From NCBI RefSeq assembly GCF_001194135.2, contig NC_068993.1, positions 23,262,798 to 23,308,428 on the forward strand: 45,631 bases of DNA, read 5' to 3'. The notes beneath the pieces were generated by a model. It did not search any database. It was not told the DNA's origin and saw only the letters and a list, made by a program, of their open reading frames with translations. Numbering within the stretch: the first letter of the stretch is position 1; each line of letters begins with the position of its first letter. Of the stretch, positions 1-13,690 are shown one piece after another. A program made the position numbers and the translations under genes. Source of the stretch: Octopus bimaculoides. Its lineage: Eukaryota.

Positions 1-34
<34 letters not shown>

Positions 35-149
35 TGTGTGTGTGTGTGCTTATGTATATATGGCATATATCAATATGCATATATATATACATACACACGC
101 GCGCAAACATGTATATATATATATATATATATTGTGTGTGTGTGTGTGT
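1..149. repeat. Compound (TG)n/(TA)n microsatellite
   Basis: Seen directly. It produces the VCVC/YIYI pseudo-ORFs in the track. Confidence 0.97.
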
Positions 150-1774
150 CACAAATAGGCATCCATATCCTTGTAAGTTTTTTGGGGGGAGGCATGTTAA
201 AAGAAGTAGGATACTAAATTACAGTTCATTATCTACAAAATTGTTAGATGTGAAGATATGATCAAGAAGATTGTACATGAATGAATTGAGGCGTAATCTT
301 TTGTACTTCATAGTTGTTATGCAAAAAGGAAAAATGATTACGGAGAAATGGGGTTATTAATGAAGTGTAAAGGGAATATATTCTATTTGAAATGCTACAT
401 AAGTCGTTTCACTGCTGATAAATATCATTCTTGATAAGAGATATCACTTTAATCTATACAAGAATTCCCCGCAGCAGTTTATTTCTTAGTGAAGATAAAA
501 GAAAAATTATAAGATCATCGTATCTATAAGACAAATGTAAGAGATATTGTACACAGAATTTTTCTCCAGGTAAAAAAAATAACCGGTATATTTGATTCTG
601 TATTACTCATTCTGGTATTAAGCATGTATACATATTTGCACACTTTGGTACATTGATAAACATATGGACGCATACATATATGGAAGAAATAGAGATTAAG
701 TTTCTTGATAGAATGTTGTAACAAGACTGGCTTCCATGTTAAATCATTTCTTCTCACAAACATTTCGCTTATTTTCGGACGTAACATATATCTATCTCAG
801 ATACCTTAGTTGTCGTAGACATCTTGTGGAATTGCGAATCTGTTCTACCAGAGACATTCTATTATACTTTGGGCAGAATTTTGTTTCTTTTTTCAGTTAT
901 AAATAAATTATATTGATAAATAAAGAGAAATAATGGTGTGCTAAATAGACTTAACTAGACAGTTATATACTCCGTGTTTTTATATGGTGTTCCTTTATCT
1001 CTATGTTGGCGCTGTTTGTTTAATTTTGAAGAAAGACAGGCTTCCAATGACAAACAGACGTGATTCTGGAAATGTAGAAGGCTTCCCAAACCAGTTAAAC
1101 GTTTCTATGAAATGCACATTTTGCGTGCGACAAAAGCATCATGCGAATCATTGGCCTGTGTCTAATTTAGATGGGTATTAAGGAGGGAATTTCTAACTGG
1201 TCATTTCATATATTAGAAATTGTAGCGAAATCTATTTCGTATTACACCAGGACATCTTCATGGAAAAAGAAGATGCATAAATATTGCCTGGTCATTTTTA
1301 ACGATACGGTATGGTCACAACTAGAGTATAAATGATATTACGTCGATGTGACAAATACATACTGGGTCAGAAAAATAAAAGCCCTCGATATATAGGGGAT
1401 GTTTTCTGCATTGTAGAAGACAGTTGATTTCATTTGTACAATATCTTCATCGCACCTAGAGAAGAAATAGCTTCGTAACAACAGGCTCTATAAATGTATT
1501 GTAATATTTTCCCTCACGTATCCTGGCTCATAAAAAGACGACACAATTATTATCATTTGAATTATACTGGTTATACACACATATTTGGAGAAATACTGGA
1601 AGTATATGAACAAAAATTAAACAAAGTTCAAAGAATTAAAGTTTAGAATGGGAAATAAGAATAAATATAGTATGGAAAATTTTAAATAAATCTTGTATTA
1701 TTATGTCATTCTTACAATTAGTGTTTGTCAAACTATTGAGCACACTTTATATATATATATTTAATTTGATTTTT

Positions 1775-1825
1775 TCATTTTATCTAGTTTCAGCTCATGA
1801 GCTGTGGCCATGCTGGGGCACCGCC
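1775..1825 (-). mobile_element. 5'-truncated SINE/LINE 3' tail fragment, related to the tail of the 32995-33391 SINE
   Basis: Reverse complement GGCGGTGCCCCAGCATGGCCACAGCTCATGAGCTGAAACTAGATAAAA aligns with GCGGTGCTCCAGTATGGCCGCAGTGAAATGACTGAAACAAGTAAAA at about 33347-33391. Confidence 0.7.
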
Positions 1826-1878
1826 ATTATATAATTTGACTTATGCACTATATATATCGATGTATGTACGTACATATT

Positions 1879-1882
<4 letters not shown>

Positions 1883-1948
<66 letters not shown>

Positions 1949-1955
1949 TGTGTGG

Positions 1956-1994
<39 letters not shown>

Positions 1995-1997
1995 TGT
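1883..1997. repeat. (TA)n-(TG)n microsatellite
   Basis: Seen directly. Confidence 0.97.
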
Positions 1998-2749
1998 ATT
2001 CAACATAGTTTGTAATTCTTATGCAGTCATATCTCCACTGCTCCCAGAAATTGCATCTGTTACGACAAATATTTTTATTGTTCATACGAGACAACGTTTA
2101 TTACAAATTATTTGTTTCAATGTAGGTTATGGCCTTTTTCATTTGTGTTCCCCAAATAAAATTACGTATTTTAGAAAAGAGATAAAACATTCGAATTATA
2201 TTTTTTCAACTTAGCTAAGAAATAAACATTAAAATAAATAATAAAAGCCTAATAAAACCTTTATACAAATGCGTAGCTGTTGAACAAAATTCTAAAACAG
2301 TAAAATTAAAACGTGAAGGTTTGCAAGGAAACAAAAAAAAATGCAATAATAATAAAGACAATAATAATTTGGAAGGTCTCCAACTTAAGTGTACAAGGTT
2401 ATACTGCAGCCATAAATGTACAATTTGAGTTGCTGTCATTGTGTACATTGAAATGATAAATGGGATATGATTCAGAAGTTTGAACAGTAAAATACACTTA
2501 GTATCTAACTACTATTCATCTGGTATGCAAAGGAAACACTACGCAAGTGATGGTATTTGCAAACGGTTCAATCTAATTGTTTAGCCATTAAATTGTTTCA
2601 TTTAGATTTACAGCCAAAATCCAGTTTACTGCAGAAGTTTCAAGCACGAATGTTACAAATTAGACAGGACGACTTCTGCACGAAAGATAATTTATTCGGC
2701 GCTCTCTTCGTTCGGTCTTGTTTCACATTCTCTATATCTATCAATCTCT

Positions 2750-2841
2750 TTTTTGTACACATACACACACACTCATATATGCACGCACCCGCACGCTAGC
2801 ACACACACAAGCACTCACACACACACTCACTCTCTCTCACG

Positions 2842-2880
<39 letters not shown>
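2750..2880. repeat. Imperfect (CA)n/(CT)n microsatellite
   Basis: Seen directly. Confidence 0.9.
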
Positions 2881-5800
2881 GCGCAAATATTCATATATTC
2901 GTAATTTATATATATACAATGTTTTCTCAGATACGTCAAACTTAGACGCTAGGTCCAATCTAGTTTTGTTTCATTCATGTGTCTGAGAGATATATCTCTA
3001 TGTCTATTATAAAGTTGACTGGTAACAAATTTGCTTTTGAATATTTCTTCAAACCTTTCGAATTTCCACAACATTTAAACACTCTCTATATATTGTATGC
3101 TATTATTTTCTCTGTAACTATACATCATTACTAGCAGTTATCTAAGAGTTCCTCAGTAGCACGATCTCGTAAACGTGAATGAATCTTGGGTAAATGGTTA
3201 CTGAACAATATATCTCAAAGTATATGAGACGAGAGAACCCAAGAGTTTCCGCAAGAGCCTGAAGTAAGGTCTCCACAATTTCTGACACATTAATAACCCA
3301 ACCCAATTGAGACCTGGTTACAGCGTGATTATTAAATATAGCGTAATACTAGACCCCTGTTTCGAAACAGAAAATTACAAGAAAAGATTTTAAACATGTT
3401 CCCAAATATGTTACTATATTTTTCTAACTCAGTTGTTTCAATATTTGCTGATATATCTTCACGTAGGAAATGATGTGTACTGATAGAATTTGAATCACCA
3501 AACTATAAACATATGATCTCATATTCTCGTATAGCAGGCCAATATGAGGCCTGCACGAATTTACTTAAATAATATCAAAACTACTTATTATAGTTTAACA
3601 ATCTATAATTCTAGCCGCAAGTAAGTATATTTACGTGTCTCTGAAAGAACGAAAAAGATTCTTCGTTCTTTTATGCCATATATTGTTGAATAGCTTCTGT
3701 TTATTATCATATCTAGTGTTGCAATTTTCACTTCATTTAGTTTCCAGACATTATAAAGCAACATGATTTCATTTCACACATTTCTAAACTTTGTTACTGT
3801 TACTAAAATAGACTTACATTTTCATATAAATATGGGAAATATTTAAAAGGATAAATGCAGATACAAATACCTACGCGCCGGACCACAGTTTTTCCTTTAT
3901 TCCACTTCCGTGTAATTAATGGCAATATGACGCCCTCAAGAAAAAGATTCTGAAGCGAAAACCATGTTTTCCGGACTATCGCATATCAAATTACTGGAAT
4001 TCTAGTACATAATTTTTCTCACTCCGCATGTTTTGTGTGCTTTTTATATACACACTTATTTTCCGTTAGGCATATTCCGGCATGCATATACTCCAAACTC
4101 CATTATATGCATACGCAATTGTACTCACTCACCTACACGCTAGTTTATTTTAATATGTATACATTTATATACGTATACTAGTGTGCACGCATGCATACAT
4201 ATGCACGCACATGTATATTTGTGCTTGAATGCATTCTCATATGCATACCTCTGATTCTAAAAAAAAATCGATAAACTGTTTTTGATAACCGAATGCATTT
4301 TACAGACAAGAATGTTTTAGAATTCATTATATTTAAAAGTTTTTTTCATGCTTCTGCTGGAGTTTATGTTTTATAACTTTGCGGAATGCTATTTATCTTT
4401 GTGATAAATAGAATTCAGAATAACCGAATAAACTGGTTAGCTTATACTCTTTTAACAGGCAATAACAAGTTATTTAAAAATAATAATAATAATTGCATTT
4501 AATGCTTGCATCTAGCAATTCAAATAACTTTACGTATTCTCTGATTGAAGTGAGGAAATAAATAAAAATAGTGTCTTATTTTTATCCATATTTTTGCAAA
4601 AGTTAAATATATAGCAGCAACACATTTTCAGCAATTGGATTCAATTATATCGTTGCACATATATCGGACATTTTTTTGTTTTATTCAACCAAATAAATGA
4701 TATGGATATTTTGCATTTAACGTATTAAGAAAATATAACCATTTACGTCTTACTGATTCATCATATTCAATAGTGTGTAACAGGCACAAATGTGAAAAGA
4801 ATATTATATAAATCTATTTCATTTTCAATGACATCTTTTACAAGTTCAAAGTCTTCAGTGCAACGTTGCATGATAATACAATATGTCTATAAATTTCCAA
4901 AATTTAATCAAGCACTAAATTTAAAGATCATCATGAATATTCATTAAACAGTAAAATTATGTCCACAATCATTATTAAGAGTTTATATTTTGAAGTAAAT
5001 ATTATGATGTACCAGATTCTGAAATTAGAGTAATCTCGAAATACATTCTGTTCTTTACAAAATGCACATTCTGGCAATAACATATACCAATATAATGAAA
5101 AGGCTTATATATTCCTAATATATCGGTTTACGAAAACTATTCGATTAACCTGACAATATGTTTCCGATATCGTAGCCGTATCATTCTCAAGAATATGCGA
5201 ATCTTTTTCAGTACTTTATTTTATACCTATCTTGTGATTTATAGCAGGATAGCTGGTTTAATCACCTATATCAATTTCGAAAATCGTTAGTACACCATCT
5301 CCCTTTGGAATTTGATCATGTATATTGTTCTAATTTCAGGATTTCTGTAGTAGGTGCATCGATCATTTTGAGAACTTATTCTGATGAGTAATCAACTGTC
5401 CTGTATTTGTCGAAATTTGAATACAATTTTTTTCCATTTTCCGACTTTTCATACTTTATTACTTTCCTACTAATACGACTTTTGTGGATGTTGGGAACGG
5501 TATTCAAATAAATATGTATCATTACGTGGTAGCGGACCTGTAGTACATTGCATTCCTTCATCAGATGTGTTGAATGTAGATACTATATTTCAGTTGTAGG
5601 AAACATTCTAATTATCATGAAATAATGCAGGATACAACATCTATTCATTTTCACATCCACATACTAACATACTTTGCATTAATGGTTTACAGTTTACTTA
5701 TCAAAATATAATATTTGCAACAGCATCCCTTGACATTTCTAGTTAATTCGCGCTTTGTTCCTATTTCAACAATTCTATAAGCCTCAATTAATGCCACTGC

Positions 5801-7550
5801 ATAAATGAATCTCGAAGTTTTCATGCAATTCTTAGTTCTTTACATTTATTGCGTCAATAGTGTCTACGATGCCAAAGTGAATTTCGTTCACTCTTTCAGA
5901 AATGCAAGTGAAACCCAATATTATTTTGAACTTGATACATAACAAAATGTGACCAACTTTTGGAAAAGGTGTTTGCGTATAGTATATGCATTGCGTTTAA
6001 GTGCTTTCTTTGTTCAACTTTCGAATCACACGTGCAACTAAAAATTCTGTGTTAGTATTAGATATTGATATCTTCCTGTGCCCTAAGAATGTTTCACTAG
6101 TTTATAACAACTTAGCATGGGTTATGATTTATTAGAAGTGCCTATGTGTGTATATGAGGGAGCTGAATTATGCAAGGTTACATCTGTTAATACTACACTG
6201 GCTTCATTGCAGAAAATTCTCAAATTGGATAACAGTGTTGTCATCTCTATCATGAGCGTGGATGGCCTCGACAGGCATGAGGTCTAGCCTTCCACTCTTT
6301 CACTATACGAACTTAAGAACGACAGATGTTAGAACCTTAGCAGTGTCAAATTCGAAGATGGCAATGATGGTGAAAAGGACTCGTACAATATTAGACGTTA
6401 CTGCAAGAATAATAGAAGCCTACCCTATATTAATAAGAACTTTAATTATTTACCTTGTATTCTATAGAATATATTTTGTGATATAGCTAGTCGAATATCC
6501 CCATTCTCAACAAGGGTTTTAAGAGCTGGTCCAATATAGTAACGACAATGAGAAACAACAAAGAAAACAAAACTCAGAATTCCTCCCACAACTACGACTA
6601 GAAAGTTTTGTCGCTCAGTTTAATTTATGTCATTAATGCAAAAAGTTTAGCTAAAATACTGAATATTGAGCAGACACACACTGATAGTTATCTATTCCTG
6701 TTGTCAGGAGTTTTTATCCTAAAATCTCAATTTTTCAAATGTTTCGAACATTATTAAACACTTTTGGTTTCGAGGTTTCGTCCTCTGAACGCTTATTTAT
6801 ATACCTATTTCTCGTTCTATCGTAAATAGCTATTCTATGTCTATAATTATAGTTTAATTAGATCTTTTCTTGTACTTTAATAGAAAATGTCGGGACGTCG
6901 CGTTTGTTCTTTCTGCGATCCATTCTTGAAAGTTTTACAACGACTTTGTTGTAGAGATTCTACACATTTCTATACTTACTTCTATTTTAAATTATTGCTC
7001 CGAATTTGGATCTATTGAATATTTTGACCATGATCTCATCAATTTCTGAAATTGTATTTGACCCGTTTTATTCAGATTGATGCCGCTATTTCACTGTACT
7101 CCTTGAGGTTCTTCTGTTATAGGACTCACTAGAATGAAAATATATCTTAATGCATTTATCGCTGTTTACACCGTGCACGGCGAGCTCTAACATGGATATT
7201 TGCGTCTCTATTCTTGTATACGTAGGTACACACACTCAAACATCCACACATATCCACACACACACACACGCACACACACACACATGGCCAGCATATTAAA
7301 AAAGCTCTTAGGTAAAATCCATATATAGAGATATATAATTGTATATAATACAATTATAATTAAGGCTACTGGCGCTACCATGCCTATATACTGTAATAGA
7401 CACCAAATACGTCCAGCCACTATGTTTTCACTTCATAATACACATTTCGAAAGTGTGTTTGGCGTCTACTTCTAGCATATAGGCATGGTAGCTTCTGTAT
7501 CCTTAATTTTAAATGTTTTATATATATTTAAATATATATATATATATATA

Positions 7551-7679
7551 NNNNNNNNNNNNNNNNNNNNNNNNNNNNNNNNNNNNNNNNNNNNNNNNNN
7601 NNNNNNNNNNNNNNNNNNNNNNNNNNNNNNNNNNNNNNNNNNNNNNNNNNNNNNNNNNNNNNNNNNNNNNNNNNNNNNN
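7551..7679. other. Assembly gap (N) within a (TA)n tract
   Basis: Run of N flanked by TA repeats. Confidence 0.99.
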
Positions 7680-7697
7680 ATATATATATTATATATA

Positions 7698-8542
7698 CAG
7701 GGTGTGATGTATAAACTGTCGTCTAAATTATACAAATATTAAAATAGCACTGGCATCTCATTTTAACATATGTATTTATCAAAATTAAATAAAAAATACC
7801 TTGAAATACTAAAGAGAAGAGTAAGTTTCTTCAACAAAATCGGCGTTGGCTTCAACCACAGCATCCAAACGAATTCGGATTTTCTTGCAACCCTTCTGGG
7901 CGTTCTCCCTGTTCATGTTCGTGAATGCTGCCATAATTCTTACTTTCAGTTCATCTTTGGTGTTACAAGGAGTTTTGTTAGTTTCCCGCCCAAATGCGCC
8001 TAACACATAACAGAGAAATAAGTTCCAAGCTGGGGAGTTACATGACAAGATTTGAGGAGTGGTGTGGTCGCAAAATTTGTCTGACAGCAATGACTGGGTT
8101 CTCCTGCTTGGGTGGTATGGTGTAGAGTCCTGTGGCCAGACAGAGGGTCTTCCAGCAGACCCCTCGTGACCCAGGGCAGCATTACCTCAAGCAGATACTT
8201 GATGAAGGCCACCGTGTTAAGTCTGAGCCCGTGTGGAATGATGAACGGAGCTATAACGTCGCCATCTCTAGTGATCACTCCAAACACAATGATGTTCACT
8301 GGATGTTTCATTTTTATTATTATTGGTACCAGTTCGTATTGGAGTTTCCGGTGCGAATGCCAAGCATTACAGCATGCCATTTCCAAATTTCTGGCGGAGT
8401 GAATTGCATCAAGGTGTTGTTTCTCTCATAGACCATTCCCAACTGACCCTACTGTAATCTTTAGTCGACAATACCAAAAACAAACAATGCTCATGTGTGA
8501 GATAAACAGATAAAATGGTGACAATTTACCCATCACAGGCTG
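7698..8542 (-). mobile_element. Internally deleted maT (DD37D, Bmmar1-like) Tc1/mariner transposon
   Basis: TA-flanked degenerate TIRs: CAGGGTGTGATGTATAAACTGTCGTC (left) versus CAGCCTGTGATGGGTAAATTGTCACC (right, reverse complement). Minus-strand remnants are the N-terminus MQFTPPEIWKWHAVMLGIRTGNSNTN (ATG at 8409), then KMKHPVNIIVFGVITRDGDVIAPFIIPHGLRLN, then after a frameshift VWPQDSTPYH...NSPAWNLFL...ETNKTPCNTKDELKVRIMAAF...RLDAVVEANADFVE. The second Asp and the decayed third-Asp position are 37 residues apart. Confidence 0.88.
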
Positions 8543-9346
8543 TATGCATAAATTAAGTTTAGCTTTAACCTCCCCGGTCTTATAAACAGCAAGTAGATAT
8601 TTAACTTGCTTAGGGATTGTGGGTGCACCAAACCACACTTGTGCGTATGCTTACATTTTCGTGGATGCCTGTATGAGTGAGTGTACACTCGCTAAGCAGC
8701 TTGTGCGAGGTCGATTATACATCCATATCTGTTAACGGATATTTTTCAAGCTGTATTGCCTGTTCGATTCTTTTTTGCATCTGTAGTTTCAGTTTTGAGA
8801 TATTTCCTTCGTCTTGCTGCATTTTTCCTTTATGAAATATGTGGATACTGCTATTTTAACGAGTTGTATTTGCGCCACAGGAGATGGATAATGACATATT
8901 TTCATACAGCAATAATGTTGACGCAAAACACATTCATACACAAACGGAAGAGTGACGTCAGGTTTATTTTATGAATATATCTTACGTGAAAAGAAGCATT
9001 GATGATTTACCATTCAGCAGGCATTAACCTTACAGAAAGTGTATATTGTTCCAACACAAATATTCAGTTGACCATTTAACATAAAATAATATATTATCTC
9101 TGCCTAGCAATCCAACGTCGTATTGTGTGAAAAAATTATTTTTGAAATATCGATTTCTTCAAAATTGGCACAAGACCAATGTTTATAAGAGAGTAAGAAT
9201 AGCCAATTGAATGAAATACAATACAGTACTGGTAATTATGTTATCAGGTGACTTAAAACTAGTAATGAGAGATACAGAATAAAAATTAAGCCTCTAGCTT
9301 TTCAGTTCTTGAAATAATATTCAGAAACACGTAGTGGGTTTTGGTG

Positions 9347-9349
<3 letters not shown>

Positions 9350-9405
<56 letters not shown>

Positions 9406-9430
9406 GTGTGCGCGTGTATGCATGTATGTA
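9350..9430. repeat. (TA)n/(TG)n microsatellite
   Basis: Seen directly. Confidence 0.95.
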
Positions 9431-9780
9431 TATCAACGCACGCAGTATACCTTTTCTTAATTGTGTTTTCCGTTTACATAAAAATCAGTATTCTGTGATG
9501 AAGTACTTAGGACAAGAGGTAATCATTCAGTAAGCTGTTTTTTTCAAACATTTCTATTGATGTTTTTCATGCCCACTCCCATTTCTGATAAAGCCATCTA
9601 CACCACCAAATCTCACATATAGCAGGACTCCATTCGTAAACAATTGCACTGCGTCTTATTCTTGTGAGGTTATTAGAGAACATAGTAATCCAGACTTCTC
9701 ACAACAGGGGAACGGATATAAAAAGTGAAATTTATCAACGTTATTACCAGATTTATTATATTTATATAGTAAATAAAGCT

Positions 9781-9990
9781 AGGAGCTTGCAGAATCATTA
9801 GGACGCCGGACAGAATGCTAAGCGGCATTTCGTCCGTATCTGTGTTCTGAGTTCAAACCACCGAGGTGGACTTTGTGTTTCATCCTTTCCTATGTGATGG
9901 AATAATTACCAGTTTTATACTGGGATCGGTGTCATCGTCTTATCCGCTTCCCAGAAATCTCTTGCCTTGTGCTAAAATTTTAAATCACTA
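9781..9990 (+). mobile_element. tRNA-derived SINE, family A (degenerate)
   Basis: A-box-like TGCAGAATCATTAG, B-box-like GAGTTCAAACC, body CCGAGGTGGACTTTGTGTTTCATCC and tail CCTTGTGCTAAAATTT. It aligns by eye with the copy at 28541-28755. Confidence 0.85.
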
Positions 9991-11531
9991 TTTATACATC
10001 TAACATCAATGATGTCCACTAGATAAAAATGCAGTGAGCCCTCACCACCTACTATTTTTTATATCAATGTTACATGAAGGTCGTTTAGATACGTGCCTAC
10101 AGTAGTGACATTATTTTCAAGCTTATGACTTTATGACTTTCTCTTATGTACCTGTCCTAATGTTATAGCGATGCCCTCAGTAAATATCATGACGGTATAA
10201 CCTTTTTTACAATGGTGCAATACCGTACTAAACGTCTGTCTGTTTATGCAAGAGGTTTGTAGTAACTTTATAATGATGTACCTACTCTTGCGCACATCAT
10301 TAACATTTGGTGAACTGAGCTAATAGGCCCCGCATTAGTGATAATTCGACAGGAGACCTGACGTACTTCCAAATCTTCCACACCTGTATTTAAATATAAA
10401 ATATATAGTGCATTTCCATTTGACAAGTAAATCCCAGCTTTGGAGATGTATAACGTATAAGAAGGTGCTATGCACTTTTATCAGCAGAAGTAGCGTTCGT
10501 GGAAATTGTCATACAGAGAGATTTAGTTTGAAATGATGTTGACGTGAAAAAGGATTAGTGAGACTTATAAAGCAAGACATTTACTTGCTATTGAAGCTTT
10601 TTAAAAACCGACCAATTTATACTGAAAAAGATCGAATATTCGCAATCGGTTGCATTTGTATTTAGGTGCCATGAATGTACTTTGGGATTAAGGATCAAAC
10701 TCGCAGCTGAGAGATATTATTTCTAATTGCAACTAAACCAGATCTGAACAACCAGGTTTATTTAATATTGGCATACAGTGCAAAGCTGCGAAGCACGAAA
10801 TTCTGAAAATGTTCAAAAGGAACCGATAGATATTTAAACAATAAAACAGTAATAATAATAAAAAAATGCTGCTACTTATTTTTCGGAGGCTTAAAAGATT
10901 AAAGACAAATAAACTTATTTACCAAAACTCAATATATATTCTCCAAACAAGTATTACTTCTTGTGTTCATACTTATTATATATTGATGAATAGTATTGTA
11001 ATAATAATAAATGTTATTATCGTTGTTGTTGTTATTGCTTTTATAATTATTATTATCGTTGTAGTTCGTCTATTGACATGTTGTGCACATCGCTCCCATA
11101 AGTTTGTTGTTATTTATACTCTGTACGTTTGTTATCGTTACCGAGATTAACTAACCAGAACGTAAGGGAGCTGGTTATTTCTATCTAATCCTAAGTGACT
11201 AACTTGTTGCTTGCTTAGGCTGAGACGCTAATCAGTCTTTTTCTCAAAAAAGATGACGATCGAGAATTGATCGTCGGTCGAAAAGAGTAGCCGGTCATCG
11301 GTAGAATAAAACAGCCAAGTCATAAAACCCATTCACAGTTTTTGCAGCAGCGACATCGATGACAACAGCACAATAGCGCATGTGACATCTATAAAGTAAC
11401 TTAACGATGGTTTCAGAACTTCCTTCACCATCCCAGGAACAAATATATTCAATGACAACAAAATGCAACAGTAGCGGCAAGAACACTGCCAACTCTACCA
11501 TGAGCGTCAGTGACATCAAACCCGCACTACC

Positions 11532-11538
11532 ACTATTA

Positions 11539-11582
<44 letters not shown>
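11532..11582. repeat. (ATT)n microsatellite
   Basis: Seen directly. It gives the poly-Leu pseudo-ORF. Confidence 0.95.
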
Positions 11583-11939
11583 GTTCAGTAGTTTTATTTT
11601 TATAACGTGCTTTCACTTCACTACCGAGCGCAGCTCTGTGTGCCTTCGGGTATATGCTCTGGTTTACTGTGATGCTCTTATGGTTACTGTATTGAAAGTG
11701 TTTTGCGTAGGATCTGTGCAGTGACCAGCAGTGCAATTTTCTGTATGTTATGTATACTTGTAAGTCCTGGTGTTTTTGTTATGTATTTTTTTTGAATTTT
11801 TTTTTATCATACCTAATGCGCCTACTATGATAGGAATTGTTTCTGTTTTTAGATTCCACATTTGTGTTACCTCTATTTCCATGTCTTTGTATTTTGAAAG
11901 TTTCTCTATTTCTTTTAGGGAAACATTGTAATCTCCTGG

Positions 11940-11992
11940 TTATTATTATCATTATCATTATTGTTACTATTATTATTGTTGTTGTTGTTGTT
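11940..11992. repeat. (TTA)n-(TTG)n microsatellite
   Basis: Seen directly. Confidence 0.9.
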
Positions 11993-12107
11993 GTCGCCAC
12001 AACTGGAGGTGTGTTTTTGGAGGCCTGTATGCGTATGAGCAATTAACTTGTTTAAAAGGTTCTATACTGTATTTTGCTGTTTAAATCGTTTTGCAAGCCA
12101 ACTGCCT

Positions 12108-13690
12108 TATGACGTGATATAAACATTTTTGATTTCAAATTTCTTCAAAAATTTGCTTCGATGGAAGGAAACATTGAAGACGGCGACGAAAAGCGGGAGT
12201 ATGTAAGGAAGGTGGTACAGCACGACGCCTTCCCCGTCCTCCCCACCATGATTGGCAATAGACAACAGAAAGAAGAAGAAGAAGAAGAAGAAGAAGAAGA
12301 AGAAGAAGAAGAAGAAGAAGAAGAAGAAGAAGAAGAAGAAGAAGAAGAAGAAAAAGAAAAAGAAGAAGAAGAAGAAGAAGAAGAAGAAGAAGAAGAAGAA
12401 GAAGAAGAAGAAGAAGAAGAAGAAGAAGAAGAAGAAGAAGACGGAAGGAGTAAAGTTTTCTTCACTATATGGAAATTGTAGTGGCACCAAGAACTTCATT
12501 GAGAATACATGCTGCAAAGAATCTAAAAACAATAGAGTTAGCAGCGGTTAGCATTTTATTGGTTAACATCTCATTGGAGAACAAATTAGGAAAACTAAGC
12601 AAGGCAGCAAAATGTATGAAAATGAATGGAAGGAGGGCAGAATTGACTCCTCCAAGCGACATGCTTAAAGCAACAGCCAAACGGACAGTGGTCTATATAA
12701 ACGTGAACACAACGACACGGAAACTCGAAAATGCTAAACGTGACCAGGTGGAAAAAATCATTGAAACATATATGGTAGGACATTCACCACATTGTTGCAA
12801 CAGCGGGGTTGTACCGCGGAGTAAAGGTCCTTTGTAAGACCGAGGGATAGGTGATACAGAGCTCGGTGACAAGCAGCGCACCGGGGAAATCGTCCTCTTC
12901 CCAACGTACATGGGAAGATGGGCGGTACGAATTAAAGTATCAGGTGTCTCACCAGACCTTGATTTATGGTGGATTCTCGCCTGTATTTGTACAGACAGGG
13001 GAGAGAAATTTCCGGGATGTTAAAAGGTCCAAGAAGGAGAATCTTGTTGGTACTATCTTGGAGGTCTTTCATCACGTGAATCCAGGCCAGTTAGAGAAAT
13101 TCCTAGACGTGATTTCCCTCTCGAATGGTGTACAACTAAGGTTGAACGGCCACTCGCGGTTTTTTGCCCACAGAACGAGAACAGAAGGGCAGAAAGAAAT
13201 GTCCAAACGAAAGCACCGCAACCCAAAAGTCGACAAATACAACAACAACAACAACAAAAAGGCATGTGAATAGAAACAGAAATTGAACTCAAGTTGACAA
13301 AACAGGCAGGTGTTACAGTAAAGGTGGCAGTGGGAGTAGCACCAGCAGCAGTAGCGGAAACTACACTAGCAGCAGAAGCAACAATAACTACAAGGGAACC
13401 AGAACAAACAACACCAGAAGAAAACATACAACACAAGGCTCTACCATGCACCCAAGTAATGATGAGGGGGAGGCCCAAAAGAAAAAAAAACAAACAAAAC
13501 AAGAAAACAACACAGAAACAAGGGATAGTGGAGGCATCTAATACGAGTGATTAGAGTAGACGCTGTAGAATTTAGCAGAAATCTAGAGATAGAGAAGACT
13601 TGAGTAGAGGGTGACTTAGTTTGGAAAGAAGCACTCAGTAGAGGCAAAGCAACACACGTCTGGCAGCGAGATAGGTTCTGAATCAATTCT
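12108..13690 (+). mobile_element. Degenerate 5' region and ORF1-like (gag-like) remnant of a non-LTR retrotransposon, possibly L1/Tx1 clade
   Basis: GC-elevated, purine-rich block. Frameshifted plus-strand pieces read KRTVVYINVNTTTRKLENAKRDQVEKII / EIVLFPTYMGRWAVRIKVSGVSPDLDLWWILACIC / KKENLVGTILEVFHHVNPGQLEKFLDVISLSNGVQLRL, followed by a low-complexity A/T/Q/K tail. The family call is from recalled similarity only. No intact zinc knuckle or ORF2 is visible. Confidence 0.45.
12269..12440 (+). repeat. Long (GAA)n tract, about 56 units with one interruption
   Basis: Seen directly. It gives the poly-E/K/F/S pseudo-ORFs. Confidence 0.98.

Noticed and set aside
3644-3671. 10-bp hairpin AAAGAACGAA/TTCGTTCTTT resembling a terminator
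   Set aside because: The DNA is eukaryotic, the stem is AT-rich, and such a stem is plausible by chance in 45 kb.
12145-12551. Poly-E, poly-K, poly-F and poly-S ORFs of about 100-140 aa
   Set aside because: All are products of the (GAA)n tract read in different frames. There is no splice or domain support.
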